This document shows, piece after piece, positions 1 to 12,666 of a stretch of 64,000 nucleotides of DNA. Position 1 is the first letter of the stretch; each line of letters starts with the position of its first letter. The notes under the pieces were generated by a model. The model was given only the letters and a program-made list of their open reading frames with translations. It did not search any database and had not been told where the DNA came from. Where the stretch lies: positions 1-64,000 of the forward strand of contig AP026137.1 of the NCBI GenBank assembly GCA_030295235.1. The letters are read 5' to 3'. This stretch comes from Fistulifera solaris. Lineage: Eukaryota. Position numbers and translations under genes: made by a program.

Positions 1-254
1 AACCCTAACCCTAACCCTAACCTCTAACCCTAACCCTAACCCTAACCCTAACCCTAACCCTAACCCTAACCCTAACCCTAACCCTAACCCTAACCCTAAC
101 CCTAACCCTAACCCTAACCCTAACCCTAACCCTAACCCTAACCCTAACCCTAACCCTAACCCTAACCCTAACCCTAACCCTAACCCTAACCCTAACCCTA
201 ACCCTAACCCTAACCCTAACCCTAACCCTAACCCTAACCCTAACCCTAACCCTA
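1..254. repeat. Telomeric repeat tract (CCCTAA)n = TTAGGG on the minus strand
   Basis: About 42 tandem CCCTAA units from base 1, with one variant (CCTCTAA) near 21-27. Degenerate CCTAACT units occur at about 285-316. Confidence 0.99.
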
Positions 255-784
255 TCTTGCGTCTTGCAAGAATGTCGTGGCTTGCCTAACTCAATTTCTC
301 CTAACTCCTAACTCCTATTTTTTTACACCATAACAAAGATTTCAATGGAAAAACTGAGTTAGTTCAATTTTATTTACGCCAAATTTCCTAATTTTCATAT
401 TTCCCGCATCCTCCATCCTCTTGGGCCGGAATTTTTATTTAGAGGCAATATAATTTTTTAAAACCGAAAAGTACACTTTACCCCACAGTAAATTCCCCTT
501 TCCTTAGGGGAAGAATACACGAGGCGTAATCGCATAAACGAATAACAGGCAATAGACAGATCAACAAAATTATGATTAGAAAGCTTGTTTTCCTACCGGC
601 CAAATCCGCGAGCATTCTCAATCAAAAATCCTCAATCCGTGTACAATATGTAAATTGTGTCACAGCGTTGTCTTGAGGAAAAACTCAATGACCACTTAAT
701 TTATATTCCAGTCGTGAGTGATCCAAATAATTGTCATTGTACATGCAATTTTAAAAAAGAGATAGTCTAGCAGCCCTTAGCCTG

Positions 785-943
785 TGACGTCATTGCACAC
801 ATTCCTGAAAAGAGATGACGTAGCGGTACTACCTGGTACCATTTGAAAACTGAATGTTGAAGTTCGTTCTTCGTCCGTGCTGCGTTCTGATAATCCGCGC
901 GATTGTCGCGCACATCTCCGACGGTCAAGATACGTCTACGTCA
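785..943 (+). promoter_or_regulatory. Cluster of CRE/bZIP-type elements upstream of FBA
   Basis: TGACGTCA at 785-792, TGACGT at 816-821 and ACGTCA at 938-943. These are the same hexamers as diatom CO2/cAMP-responsive elements and aureochrome sites. Function not shown. Confidence 0.4.
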
Positions 944-1206
944 CTCGTCTCATCAGAAATCTGCGTACACGCCATGGTCGGTGTCGGCTTTTTTTCTCTC
1001 ACGCCTCTCGCTCGCGATTTTTGATCCGCGTCCTCCTATGTCATCCATTGCAAGTGCACGGAGCACACACTCGTTCGACAACCTTCATCAGTGTCTCTCA
1101 CTTCGAACGACATTTACGCCAGGATAATAATATTCTTATTGTTATTCTCTTGTTCCTCCTCTCTCTTCGTTTCAGTTGATTCTTTCGTAGCAACAAAGCC
1201 GTAAAA

Positions 1207-2740
1207 ATGAAGTTGACGTTTGTATTTGCCTTGTTGGCTGCATCGGCGCAAGCTTTTGCTCCGCAACGCGCTGCTCGTATCTCTCCTTTGACGCAGCAAT
1301 TCGAAGGCCGAACTTCTGCCGAGCTCGGAACTCCTTGTGAAGATGAATGTGCGCTCGAATCATTTCCTAATCTTCCCGAATCGGTGCATCCGGGCGTTTT
1401 GAGCGGAAAGGCCATGATGGATTTGCTGAATCATGCAAAAGAGAATGGTAAGTGAAGACGAAAAAAAGAGAGAAAGAAAGAAATGAAGATTGGGAGTGTT
1501 ATGGATGTCGAGCAATAGAATTGTAGGTTTCGTTCGCTCGCTGGGGTTTCGTATGTTGCGGTTGTGTTGATTCGGATGTTGTTCGATCCGCCGTTCAATC
1601 TTGCCTGCCGCCGTTAATGCTGTAAGAAAGCTGTTCGCTCACCTCTTTTATTTCTTTCTTTGTTTCTTCGCAGGATACGCTATTCCTGCCGTTAACTGCG
1701 TCACCAGCTCTAGCATCAACGCTTGTTTGGAGGCCGCTCGCAAAAACGACTCTCCTATTATCATTCAGTTGTCGTCGGGAGGATCGCAATTCTACGGAGG
1801 AAAAGGACTTGACAACAGCAACTATCGCGCGGCGATTGCCGGAGCCGTCAGTGCTGCCTTTCACACGCGCACGATGGCCGAACAATACGGAGTTCCTGTC
1901 ATTTTGCACACGGATCATTGTGCGAAGAAACTCTTGCCGTGGGTCGATGGACTTTTGTCGGCTTCTGAGCGCTATTTCAAAACGCATGGCGAACCGCTCT
2001 TCTCGAGTCACATGATCGATCTCTCTGAGGAGCCCATCGAGGAGAATATCGAAATTTGCCAGGAGTACTTGAAGCGAATGAGCAAATTGGGTATGTTGCT
2101 CGAAATGGAATTGGGTATTACGGGAGGTGAAGAGGATGGTGTCGACAATAGTGATCGTCCTATTGACGAGCTTTACTCGAAACCGGAAGAGATTTACCAG
2201 GTGTACGAAGCTTTGACGCCCATTTCCGATATGTTCTCTGTCGCTGCTGCTTTCGGTAATGTGCATGGTGTTTACAGCCCTGGCAATGTCAAGTTGGAGC
2301 CCAAGATTCTGGATCGAGCGCAAACGTACATTTCCGAAAAGCTCGGCGACAAGGCGCCTGCGGACAAGAAGCCGGTCATGTTTGTGTTCCACGGCGGATC
2401 GGGCAGTGATGTCAGCGATATTCAGGAAGCCATCGGCTATGGTGTCATCAAGATGAACATTGATACCGACACGCAGTGGAGTTACTGGGAGGGCATCAAG
2501 AACTTTGAGGAAAAGTACCATGATTACTTGCAGTCTCAGATCGGCAACCCGGACGGCCCGGATAAACCCAACAAGAAATACTACGATCCTCGTGAGTGTC
2601 TGCGAGCGGCTGAAGTCAACACGGTCAAGCGCTTGGAAATGAGTTTCGGAGATTTGAAGTGCAAAAACATCTTGGGCTTGGGCGAGGTTTCGGATGCCAA
2701 GAACATACTAGGACCCCGACGCGGTGGTCTTCCGGTATAA
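1207..2740 (+). CDS. FBA: Plastid-targeted class II (metal-dependent) fructose-1,6-bisphosphate aldolase, FBAC-type; join(1207..1447,1674..2740), 435 aa
   Basis: Signal peptide ends ASAQA/FAP (ASAFAP-type motif). Class II motifs HTDHC, HMIDLSEE, EMELGITGGEEDG, FGNVHGVY, VFHGGSG, KMNIDTD and YYDPR are present. Splicing joins KENG/YAIPAVN in frame. Confidence 0.97.
1448..1673 (+). other. Spliceosomal intron of FBA (226 nt, phase 1)
   Basis: GTAAGT donor at 1448, GCTCAC branch-like site at 1637-1642, pyrimidine tract, CAG acceptor at 1671-1673. Confidence 0.93.
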
Positions 2741-3025
2741 AGGGACGGAAACAAGCATGCAAACGTGTCTTAGAAATATAGCTCGCATCAGTCAAAATTA
2801 ATTTATTACGGATGTTAGTCGTTAGTGTTACGGTGGCTTTTTCTAGAACTTTGAACGTTATGGATTACATGTAATCAATCAATATTCTCGGATGCTTTAT
2901 TTCGTGTAAGCCCTTTTGACTAGTACAAAAGAAAAGCGCCGCCAGCAGATTACGTTGATCTTTCGTTGCTCTCGACAATAGACTCTATCGAGAATTAATG
3001 TTTAGAACTATCAAACCGTAGAGCA

Positions 3026-4580
3026 TCAGTCTCTTCGAATCATTCCCTCGAACTCGCATCGCGCATTTGACTTCATAAAGTACATCCGTATGTTGTGCCA
3101 GCAAAAGCGCTTATATACTGGAAGCTTGCGGTCAATCCATTCCCTAACAATTGGCCTCTCCGTAGTAGATTCTTTCACTATCTGCAAAGAACCATTGTAG
3201 AAGCGATTTAGCGAGTATAGCTTGTTGATACGCCTATTTAAATATTTCTTGCCAGAAGCACGCAGTACCGAAATGTTTCGGTTCTGGGAAAGAAACCGCT
3301 CCAACAACAAATAATCAAACCGGTAAATTTGAGCCATGTCATCCTCTGACTCTCCATCCCGATAAACTCCCCGGTGGAAAATATGCTCAATGAACGTACG
3401 GAGGCCGACTATGGCTCTCCATTGCTCGGAATATACCTCGCATATTGGAGACCCAATCCATCAACCAGTGACTAATTCATAAGTCCACAAAACAACCTCG
3501 AACTACCGTGAATGATAATGTATCAAAGCTTCAACGATAGATGCGGCGTCGACTTCATACGAGAGATCCCCTGCATCGACCGAGATCCGTAGTCGTTCAA
3601 AATGACCTATTGTAGCGACTCGATCGAGAAAAGCTGTCAGAATGGCATTCCAGTCTTCCCGTGAGAAGCAAAGTAGAAGTGTACACTGAGGTCTTTGGCT
3701 TTTATATCGAGTGAATGGAAACTTTCTTGCACCGCATCTACAGCGTTGATATGACAATTTAGAGCATGCACTTGCACGGCAAAGGTCAGAAGGATACATT
3801 CCTCATCGAGAGACCAAAGACCGAGTTTCTCGAATCTATACTTTAGCTTCAATAGCCGCTTGAGATTGGGTTTGTTCAACGGTGTGCCATAAAAATTGCA
3901 CTCTATGAAAAGAGAGCCAAAGGACAATTGGCGCTTTCTGTAGCTCATTGACAAATGCCGCTCCGTCATCCGTGAAAGCCAGGCAACTGGTTTCATCAAC
4001 AGCCATGGCTAGCTTCAAATCGATAGGATAGGGTCTTGTTGCGAATACAACCGACTGCTCAGCAGACCAAGTACCTGTATGAATCTCAAGTTGTCGAGAC
4101 CGATTCGAGTCCATTAATCGCGCTAACTCCTCCGCTTGAAAGACAGCAAAGTCGAAATGGTAACCGTGGAAGTAGACAAATGAGTGCCGATGATAAGCGT
4201 GACGTTTTCGCTCTCTATATGCTGTAGAGACCAGAAAATGTTGCCGCTTTCGGCAATCGCTTTCATCGTTTTCTCCATAAACCGTGCCGAACAGAGTCAG
4301 TTTGTCATTCGTGAGCATAAAAGCTACATTCCGCTTCCGATATTTTCGAAAGGGCTTGTTGGATAAGCAAATGAGAGATTCGTTTTCCCTCCAGATGGAA
4401 AATCTACGAAAGATTCGCCAGTTGAAGTCGCCAAGATGTGTCCGTTGGTACAGCAATTTATCAATGGGCAAAAGTTCTCTCCGTCTTTCGGTCGGATGGC
4501 CTTTTGTCGGAACGTAAAGAGTTTATCAGGGATGCGCTCCAGCAGCGTAGTCCTCTATTCATTCTCTTACGCTTTACCAT
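3026..4580 (-). pseudogene. Array family copy 1, multiply frameshifted
   Basis: Family motifs are spread over several frames: IWRENESLIC, FATRPYPIDL, RVATIGHFERL, LYSLNRFYNGS. Confidence 0.85.
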
Positions 4581-5292
4581 TTTGGCGCTTGACAAGGACG
4601 CTAAGTGCAAATACAGATGTTAGAGGGACCTTTCATTGCGACTTTCGTTCGCATTTTTGTAATGCGATGGAAATATAACGCAGCGAGGGAAAAATAAAGG
4701 GTCGTCGCCGTGGGCGACCTCGGGCCAAGGAACGTGGTCCGAACGGATTTTAGTCACAAGTGAATGCTTGGCTCGCTTCATTCAATTCTCTTTTGATGCC
4801 CTTTTTTATGAGCTGAATAACAGGCTCGTTTAGAAAGTGAAGGGTCACTGCGCGACGCTTTGAATTGTAAATTCTACGGGGTACAATAAGGCTTACTTGT
4901 GTCGAAAATCGTCTCGAATGGCTTCAATGCTGCACGTAGCCTAGCTACAAAGTACTATAGTAAGTAAGTGTAGGTTCTAGGGTCATACGACTGGAATCAA
5001 ACTTTAGTCATGAGCCACAGAATGCACAACATGTGCACAACGCCGGGCTTACTAATCTTCAAGTAATTTAGGAGCCGCCTTGAGAGGCGGTTCTTAATGC
5101 TTGTCTCTTTCACTATTTTTTTGCTATTTGTTAGCGCTTTGTGCTACGTACTATAGGGAGGGTGGACTTGAGTTCAAAGCAAACATTCGATTGCTGATAT
5201 CGCTGTTCCTCCCGAACTAGGAAGACAGTTAGACCTTGTCATTTTCAGCAAAAACCGGGCACAAGTAGAAATAAGACAACACGATATTTATT

Positions 5293-6959
5293 CTAGACGG
5301 GCCAAAGCCCCACGCTATCCAAGAATGGTCGATTTTGCTTATTCGTTGTGACGCCGACTCTGTTTGATAGGTGGCTTGGAGCAGGCCATACCGTCTCCTC
5401 CGCCACTGACGCTCATAAAATTTCGTTTTCTATAATCGTATCTCGCATGAAATCAAGCAGCACATCCGTATGATGTGACAACAAGAGCGATGTGTGTTGC
5501 AGGCTTTTCAAAGTGCTCTTTAACAATGCGGTAGCGACAAGTAAAGACCTTCTTGCTGTAGACTCATGGAGTAACTTGGTTGATCCATTGAAAAACGATT
5601 CAGGGAATAAAGTCAGTCAATGCTTGCTCCCTTGGATATTTTTGTTTCCCTCATAATCAAATACTTCGATCATTCGGTTGTGGGTGAGCAAACGCTCTAG
5701 AGCCTAAAAGTCAAATGGGTCGAAGAAATCACTATCGTCATCGCTTGCATTGTCAGTTTTCATCTTGGGGCTGCAGCATAAAGTAACGGTACGTAGTCCT
5801 TTGTGATCTTCTATAGCGTTGAAGCTGTCTCGTTCTTCACCGTCGGAACAGAAATGTGTCTCTCATATTTAACTCGGCCATCTCCGGATTTGCCTGAATT
5901 GCAAGTATGAGTGCCTTGGTGATTGGTGTGTTGTCATTGTGATCCAAGAAATCGAGCCAGCACCCGTTAAAAAAATTTCAATCGGTGAAAATGGCCTAGC
6001 TTGGCAACTCGGTTTAAAAAGGCGACCAAAGGACAACACAGTCGACGCCGACATCATCGTCAAGAAACATACCAAATCAAGGTCGTTTCGCTTTAATGTC
6101 CAGCGTTTCGAAGTTCTCGGGCTGAATCTTTCCTACTTCTAGTCGATACTCCAAGGCACTCACCTTCGCAGCGAATGGAAGAAGAGTACATTCGGCGTCT
6201 AAAGCCTCGGAAGCGAAGCTTGTCGAATATTTCAAGTTTAAGCAACCGTTTAAAGTTATCGTTGCTCATCGGCATTCCTTGTAAAGTACCGCCGATACCA
6301 AGTGAGACAAAGGCAGATTGTCGCTTCTCGAGCGCATCTACTTAATGCTGTGCTGTCATCTTGCAGTTTCAAAGTTGCCGACCGCCTGGAACCAAAGTGA
6401 TTCCATTTGTCGTAGGAATCATTGATATCCAACCTCAATGGATAGGGTCTAGTTGCGAGAGCCACGGACAGCTCCGCACTCCAGAGACCAGCCCGAAGAC
6501 ATAATACCGCTTCAGGTAAGCATCCAATATTTGGGCCAGCTGTTCAGGCTGAAGAGTTGCAAAATCAAACAGCTCTCTTGGTTCGAAGAAATCTGAGGAC
6601 CGTTAACAAATCGAATATCACAATCATCAGGTTCCTTTAATGAGCACAAAAACGTGAACGTTTTGACAATTGCGGCATCCGATTCCCCGTAAATGGCAAT
6701 GTTTAATTCGTAGTCTCCTTCGAGTGTAAAACAAATGCTTCGGTGTCGATATCCCGCGCTGTCTCGCTTTGACACACAAATGAGAGTTCCGTTATCACCC
6801 CAAATAGCGAAATCATCCCAAAACTCCCATTCAAATGCATTTAGATGCGTTGGTTCTTCTAAAACGATAAATCGGCAACGTCGATTGTTTCTTCGCCGGC
6901 CGGAAAGCTTTTTGCAATTCTTTGGAACGCTGCAGTATAGGGTCATGGTTGTGCATCAT
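5293..6959 (-). pseudogene. Array family copy 2, degraded
   Basis: EPTHL..IWGDNGTLIC, IYGESDAAI, LATRPYPL and a C-terminal LLLSHHTDVL, with stops and frameshifts. The 3' end is approximate. Confidence 0.8.
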
Positions 6960-7348
6960 CTACTGCCCTTCTTTCGAGCGAAAGACACTAATGTGCACTG
7001 ATTGAGACTTCGAAGATAATACGCTTGTCAATGTTCATTCTTCATTCGCATTGCATTCACTTTTTTTTACGCAAACAAACACAAAGCGCGAAGGATCGAT
7101 GTCGCCGACAACGCAATGATGGAAGGACTAGTTCAGTAGAAAAAGTGCGTGAGTTCTTGCGTGAGAACTGATCACTCTTTCATTCGTAGTACTTTGAGTA
7201 CCGCATATCTTTAAACCATAGACTACTGGCTAGTGGAAGCGTTAAAAAGAGACAAAACTAAATAAAACTGGTTCGCCCTAACATTTATAGCTGAATTAGT
7301 CAACGTGATAAGATCCGGCAGCAAGTATATCTGTTGAAACGAGGTATT

Positions 7349-9973
7349 TCACAGTTGATCTCGAGCTGCTTTCTTTACATTGGGAAGAGGTGGTCCAATC
7401 GGCAGTGTACGTTTTGACCCAGTAGTGTGACACGGTTGTTCGGAGACTAGGGGTTCTCAAAGCCGCCCTCCAATTTTTGCTTACGCCATTTATAGCCAAT
7501 CATATTAGTCCCCCCGCGTCTGCGTTGCCCCTGCAAAAATCTGAGGTCACCGGTAGAACTCTTCCAATTTGAACATTCCAGATTCCAACGGGGGGAGTTT
7601 TTGTTGCGACCCGAGAGTGAGGGAGTCGTCGCCGCCATCGTCGGAAGAGAAACAACGACAACTCAACAAAACTCGTTGGTATATTTCATTTCATTTTCTC
7701 AAAGAAGATATGACCGAACCCCAACCTGCAACTGCGATCTCAAAGCCTTCTTGACTGACTCGATATTTGCGAAGAAATTCTGTGTCTTTCAGCCATCTTC
7801 TCTCCGAAAGTGCCAAGTCAATGCGGAACATGTGACTGAGCAGTGGAGACGACCTGTATCGCTCCCGCTCGAGATATCTTGACTGTGATGTGGCAAAATA
7901 GAACATGAACAACCAGAGAATCTCGTCGCCGTCGTCGTCGCTTTTCGTCGCCGTCGTCTCCACCAATGAAACCAGTCGAGAGGCTTGTTGTCATGACGTC
8001 AAGCTTCATAGAGAGCAGACGCTCAATCATCGAGATAAGCATCTGCCGTTTACTTCTGTGGGGCATTATTCCATTTAACAACAAATGAAACAACAAGAGC
8101 GACGGATGAAAAAAGTGCACGCGCAATAAAAAGGAAAAACGTCGGAGGAATTTTTGGTAAACGATTTTGGGAAAAAAGGCGAGCGGCGTCCGTGTTGCAC
8201 GCCGCTCGCGATTTCGAAGCTCGCACTTCATTTTTTGGCGAAATCAGCCAATCAGATTGCAGTGACGTAAGCAAAAATGAAAAACGCCCTATCGGTGTCG
8301 TACACAAAAAAACTTTGAGAACCCCTACTGTTGAGACTGCCGCATCCATCATTAAAGCTGCCGCACCATCGTCATCCAGATTCATATTGTGAATAAAGCC
8401 AACGAAAAGGCCGGGCGTGGTCTGCGAAAGCAACAATGCTGTGTATTGAAAACTAATTGAGGCGCTTTTTTTGCAGCCGCCGTTGCTACTAGTGATGATC
8501 GTGATGGTGTGCACTCTTGCCCCAGCCTAGCAGACCCATTGTAAAAGTCATTTAGAGCATACAACCGGTCAATAGTATCTCCGCTCGATATCTTTTCGCC
8601 GTATTGATTGATTACTGTGAGGTCACGATTGTGGGAAAGCAGTTGTTCCAACAAAGAATAGTCGAAAGGGCATGACACGTCACTATCATCATCATCATCC
8701 TCATCGTCGTCGCCGTCGTCGCCATCGTTGTCTGCATCAAAGTGTTTGAAAGACCAAACGAGCTTGCATAGACACTTGTGATATTTCAGCGTCTCAAAGA
8801 TGTTCTTTCGTTGACGAACTTCATCGAATAGATAATCAGTAACACTCAAATCCAACTCTTTCAGGTAAACATTTCCCTTGATTGCTCCTATCAGCGCTTC
8901 TGTGATACGTGATGTACCCCCCATGTGCAGCACCTCCCCATATCTATCGAACGAGAGTTTTAGCCCCTCCAGGTGGCCTAGTTCTGCCACGCGAATTGAA
9001 AAAGGAAATCAGGAGCATAGCATAATGATCATCTTCTGTGCCAATATCAATTTTCACCTCTAAGTTTGTTGCCGCAATATCAAGGGTATCAAAATCTTCC
9101 GGCTGTATATGCTTTGCTGCGATTTCGTAGTCCAGTGTATTGGTTTTCATTGTGAGCGGAAACAGCACGCAATCCCGGTTTTGACGGTCCATTCTGAGTT
9201 TCTCTAGTACTGCGAGCTCGCATAGCCGTTGCAAGTTTTCAGGACTGAAAAGCATCCCTTGCAGATTGCGATCGATGCTGAGAGATCTGAATGTGGACTG
9301 CCGCTCTCCCAGCACGTCAACAAATGCAGTTCCTCTATCAATAAAAGCAAAGTCTCCCGCTGTTGCCCCAGGAATCAATGTCCTCACGCCATTAGAATCG
9401 GTCCACATTGTAATGAGATCATTCAAAGCCAAGTTCAATGGATGCGATCGTGTTGTGAGTATCACCGATTGCTCTGCATTCCAGGTACCGGCGTAAAACA
9501 CAAAATAGCGACTTGGATTCGCATCCAATATTTGCGCTAACTGCTGCGGTTGAAGGGCGGTAAAGTCAAAACGATAGTCGTTTTGTGACCTAAACGTGGC
9601 TACCGATAATAAGAGTCATGTCGAACTTTCTTGGGCGCTCTTTCAAAGAACCGAGAAAGGTTAATGTTTCGGCAATTGCTACATCTGTTTTGCCGTAAAT
9701 CGCAACAAACAAATCATATTTGTCAATGAGCCGCAAACAAACTCGCCGATGTCGATATTCGACAGTCGCTTCATCTGACACGCAAATAAGAGTTCCATTA
9801 TCACGCCAAATGGCGAAATTGTCGCACTTCGCCCATTTCGAGGTATCTAGATGCTTCGGTTCTCTCGTAAATATGTAAATCGGTAAAGCTGCTTGATTAA
9901 TTTCCGGTCGAAAGAACCTTTGTTCAGGCGACAGCTTTTTGAAGGGACTCAGCTTCAAAAGAGTGTCTCTCAT
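7349..9973 (-). pseudogene. Array family copy 3, frameshifted and interrupted near its C-terminus by a DNA transposon
   Basis: ORFs 9590..10009, 8944..9528 and 8382..8990 carry family motifs. The tail resumes in frame at 7447..7349 beyond the insertion. Confidence 0.85.
7450..8325 (-). mobile_element. Non-autonomous TIR DNA transposon (~876 bp) with a PIF/Harbinger-like transposase N-terminal remnant
   Basis: Perfect inverted repeat TAGGGGTTCTCAAAG at 7448-7462 and 8313-8327, including the flanking TA. Subterminal inverted repeat at 7471-7488 / 8263-8279. The remnant MPHRSKRQ...RWLKDTEFLRKYRVSQEGF (about 8066-7720) resembles DDE_Tnp_4 N-termini. Superfamily assignment is tentative. Confidence 0.85.
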
Positions 9974-10267
9974 GGGTGATGTTTTTGTTGAGTGTCTCGG
10001 CAATTGCAAGTGTTTATCGTTTGCACATCCTCATCGCCGGCTGCTAGCCGCTTTTTATTGATCGTCGGTCCGATCGTCGCATGTTGTCCAATGAGTGCCG
10101 CATGGGAGTAAAGTACACAAAACGATCATGACTGGATTCCAGTCCTGGCTATGAGCTATAAAAATAATAGAAAATGGATCTGCCCTTGTTATCACTTTAT
10201 ATAGCGCTCACGTCGTTGCAACTAGCGAAATAATCTCAAATTTAATGCTTTAAGTACTACAGCAAGT

Positions 10268-11075
10268 CTAGAAATCAAGAAGCTCGAACAAGACATCGGT
10301 GTGGAATACCAGCAACTGAGCTGTATACTGAAAGATTGCCGAAGCGGTTTCATGCTATCGCCGAAGCTCTTTCACTCCATTGAGAAGTAATTCAGAGCAC
10401 TTACCTTATAAATGGCCGTTTAATGGTAATCCCTTTTTCTGAAAAATTCACTATCGCTGACGTTCCTGTTGTCCAACAGCGACCACCCCACCAGCGAATC
10501 AAGAAGACTGACAGGAAGGTTCAAAATCATCGACTCGCGTGGCCTCGATACCGAGGTGGATAAGGATGCAACGTCATGGTGCGCTGTGCTTCGCTTCGCA
10601 ATAGGAGGAAAACTTCGTCAAAATGAGGAGCTGGGCCAGCGAATAATGATTGATTGGCTATTTGCAAATGCGCCAACTTGAAATATCCGCAGACTGCACC
10701 ACTAAACGCATGGACAACACGTGCTGGATCACCTATACCGTGTAGTAGATCATTGAAGAAACTGAACATCTCTATGTTTGTTCTCAGCAACATAACCAAG
10801 CTTTCAAGATGGCCAAGCTCTGCCGCCCGATTGGAAAGCGCAACCAAGATCGCTCAAATGTGAATACCTTACTTTTGAAGTTTTTTGCCAGCATACCTGG
10901 TATCGAGTAGAGTCAAAGTCTTCTGAGTCGCATCGTGGTATCCTTGATCCACTATCCGACTATTTCTGCCTTGGCAGAGAATGGAAGAATAAAGCAAATT
11001 TTTCTGAGTAGTTGAAAACAGTTGGCAAGTGCTGATTCGTGAATTGCTTCAACGTAGCAACAACTTGATGAGAAG
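10268..11075 (-). pseudogene. Array family copy 4, 5'-truncated and heavily degraded
   Basis: NRAAELGHLESL and SASAIFQYTAQLLVFHTDVLFELL* are recognisable. The 5' boundary is approximate. Confidence 0.7.
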
Positions 11076-11119
11076 TTTTGTTACGATCAGTGATTCTGTT
11101 TCTTTGACGCTAGTCCAAC

Positions 11120-12666
11120 TTAAACGACCACGTCCGTGCCGCTCATCAGCTCACAAAGAATGTCTGTATGAAAGGACAGCAGCTGCGCCGAGTACTGAAA
11201 GTCCAACGATGCGCATTCTGTCAAAGCGGCCGCCACCAACAATGGTCGAAGAGATGCAGGCTCTTTCGCCGGTCTTTGTAAATCGGGTGTAGATGTAGTT
11301 CTGCGCATAAATTTCATCAATGGAGGTTCCATTTGTGATCCTCTTGCCCTCGTTGTCGAGAACATTGAGATTATGTTTACGAGAGCATTCGCCTCCAGAG
11401 CCAAATAATAGGGCCGGCAGGCGAATTCATAATCATCGACTTCTGACTCCTTGGCGGGAAGGGATGCAATGTTACGACACGCAATCGCTCATGTTCGATG
11501 ATAGTATCGAAGACATCACTCAAATGGGATCCCGATGAGAACAGGAAATGGGTGTTGCTGAGTGTCAGGTGGGTCAAATTGACATTTGTGTTCAAGGCAG
11601 CAATCAGTGCCTGAATCACAGGTTCCGGATCATTTAACTCCAGCGCGGACGAAATGATGGAAGTGAAGAATGACGTGGAGTGTCCACGCTCAACCGCTCC
11701 AAATGACCTAATTGGGCCACACGGCGAAAGAATGCAGACAGCTTTCCTCCATCCCTGTCATCTACTTCGAGCCACTGGAAGGTCACAGAAAGATCATTCG
11801 TAGCTATATCGAGAGAGTCAAAGTTGTGTGGACGGATGCAAGAAATTCGAATACCGTAATCCAGAGCTTTTACCTTTGCAGTGAACGGGGTAAGGTAATC
11901 GTCAAAGTCAGATATTTGGGCCGTGAGCTTTTCAAACACATTCTCAAGCTTCAAAAGCCTTTTCAAATGTTCGCTGCAAAAGGCATCCCGTTAACGGCGC
12001 CTCCTTGAATGGATAATGCACAGAAAGTAGTTTGTCGGCTCTACAGCGCATCAACGAATGCGGCGCCTTGATCCGTGAACAATCGGAAGAATCGTTCACC
12101 GCCAACCTTAAGTTCAAAGGATACGGTCTCGTAGCCATGACACTAGCTTGCTCGGGAGTCCAGGCTCCTGTATGAATCTCGATTTTTCGGGTAAGATTCG
12201 CCGAATATTTGCTCGAGCTGTTTGGGCGAAAAGGCAGCAACACTAAAGTACTGTCATCGCAAGAAATCCTGTCGTCGCAAACAGAACTGATTCGGAGCAA
12301 TGCTTCCGGATGCTCCGGTTGCTTTAAAGACCAGAACCATGTAGCCGTCTCGGCAATATCTTGATCCGTTTCGCCGAAAATCGCACAGCAAAGCCCTTGC
12401 ACTGTGTTGACGTGACGGATCGAAAAAGGAATACCTCGACGATCATTTAATCGAAAGGACTCGTGAGGACTATTCAGAACCCAAATGATGCTATTACTGC
12501 CGCGCACAATAATGATTTCGGGGGCTAAGGGTGCCTCCCAGTTTATTTCATCAAGAGCTCTCGGTTCTCGCGCAATTCAGTAAATCGGCACGTTGAACTC
12601 AAGCAAGCCGTGCTGCTCTCTCGGAATCAGCTCCAGCAGATCTTTCGGCGCTTGCTGCTGTTCCAT
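11120..12666 (-). pseudogene. Array family copy 5, multiply frameshifted
   Basis: MEQQQAPKDLLELIP, AIFGETDQDIAETATWFWSL, MATRPYPL, RVAQLGHLERL, FQYSAQLLSFHTD. Confidence 0.85.

Noticed and set aside
1601..1673. N-terminus of the 379-aa ORF as the FBA start
   Set aside because: It lies within the intron (pyrimidine tract). The real start is the ATG at 1207.
1595..2521. 308-aa minus-strand ORF
   Set aside because: It is the antisense shadow of the aldolase coding sequence and has no recognisable motifs.
5072..5093. Hairpin GAGCCGCCT-TGAG-AGGCGGTTC as a terminator or Helitron end
   Set aside because: The locus is eukaryotic, there is no U-tract or nearby CTRR end, and it occurs once.
8680..8735. 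TCA/TCG trinucleotide tract as a separate microsatellite
   Set aside because: It encodes the Asp-rich loop of copy 3, in a region that is acidic and length-variable in other copies.
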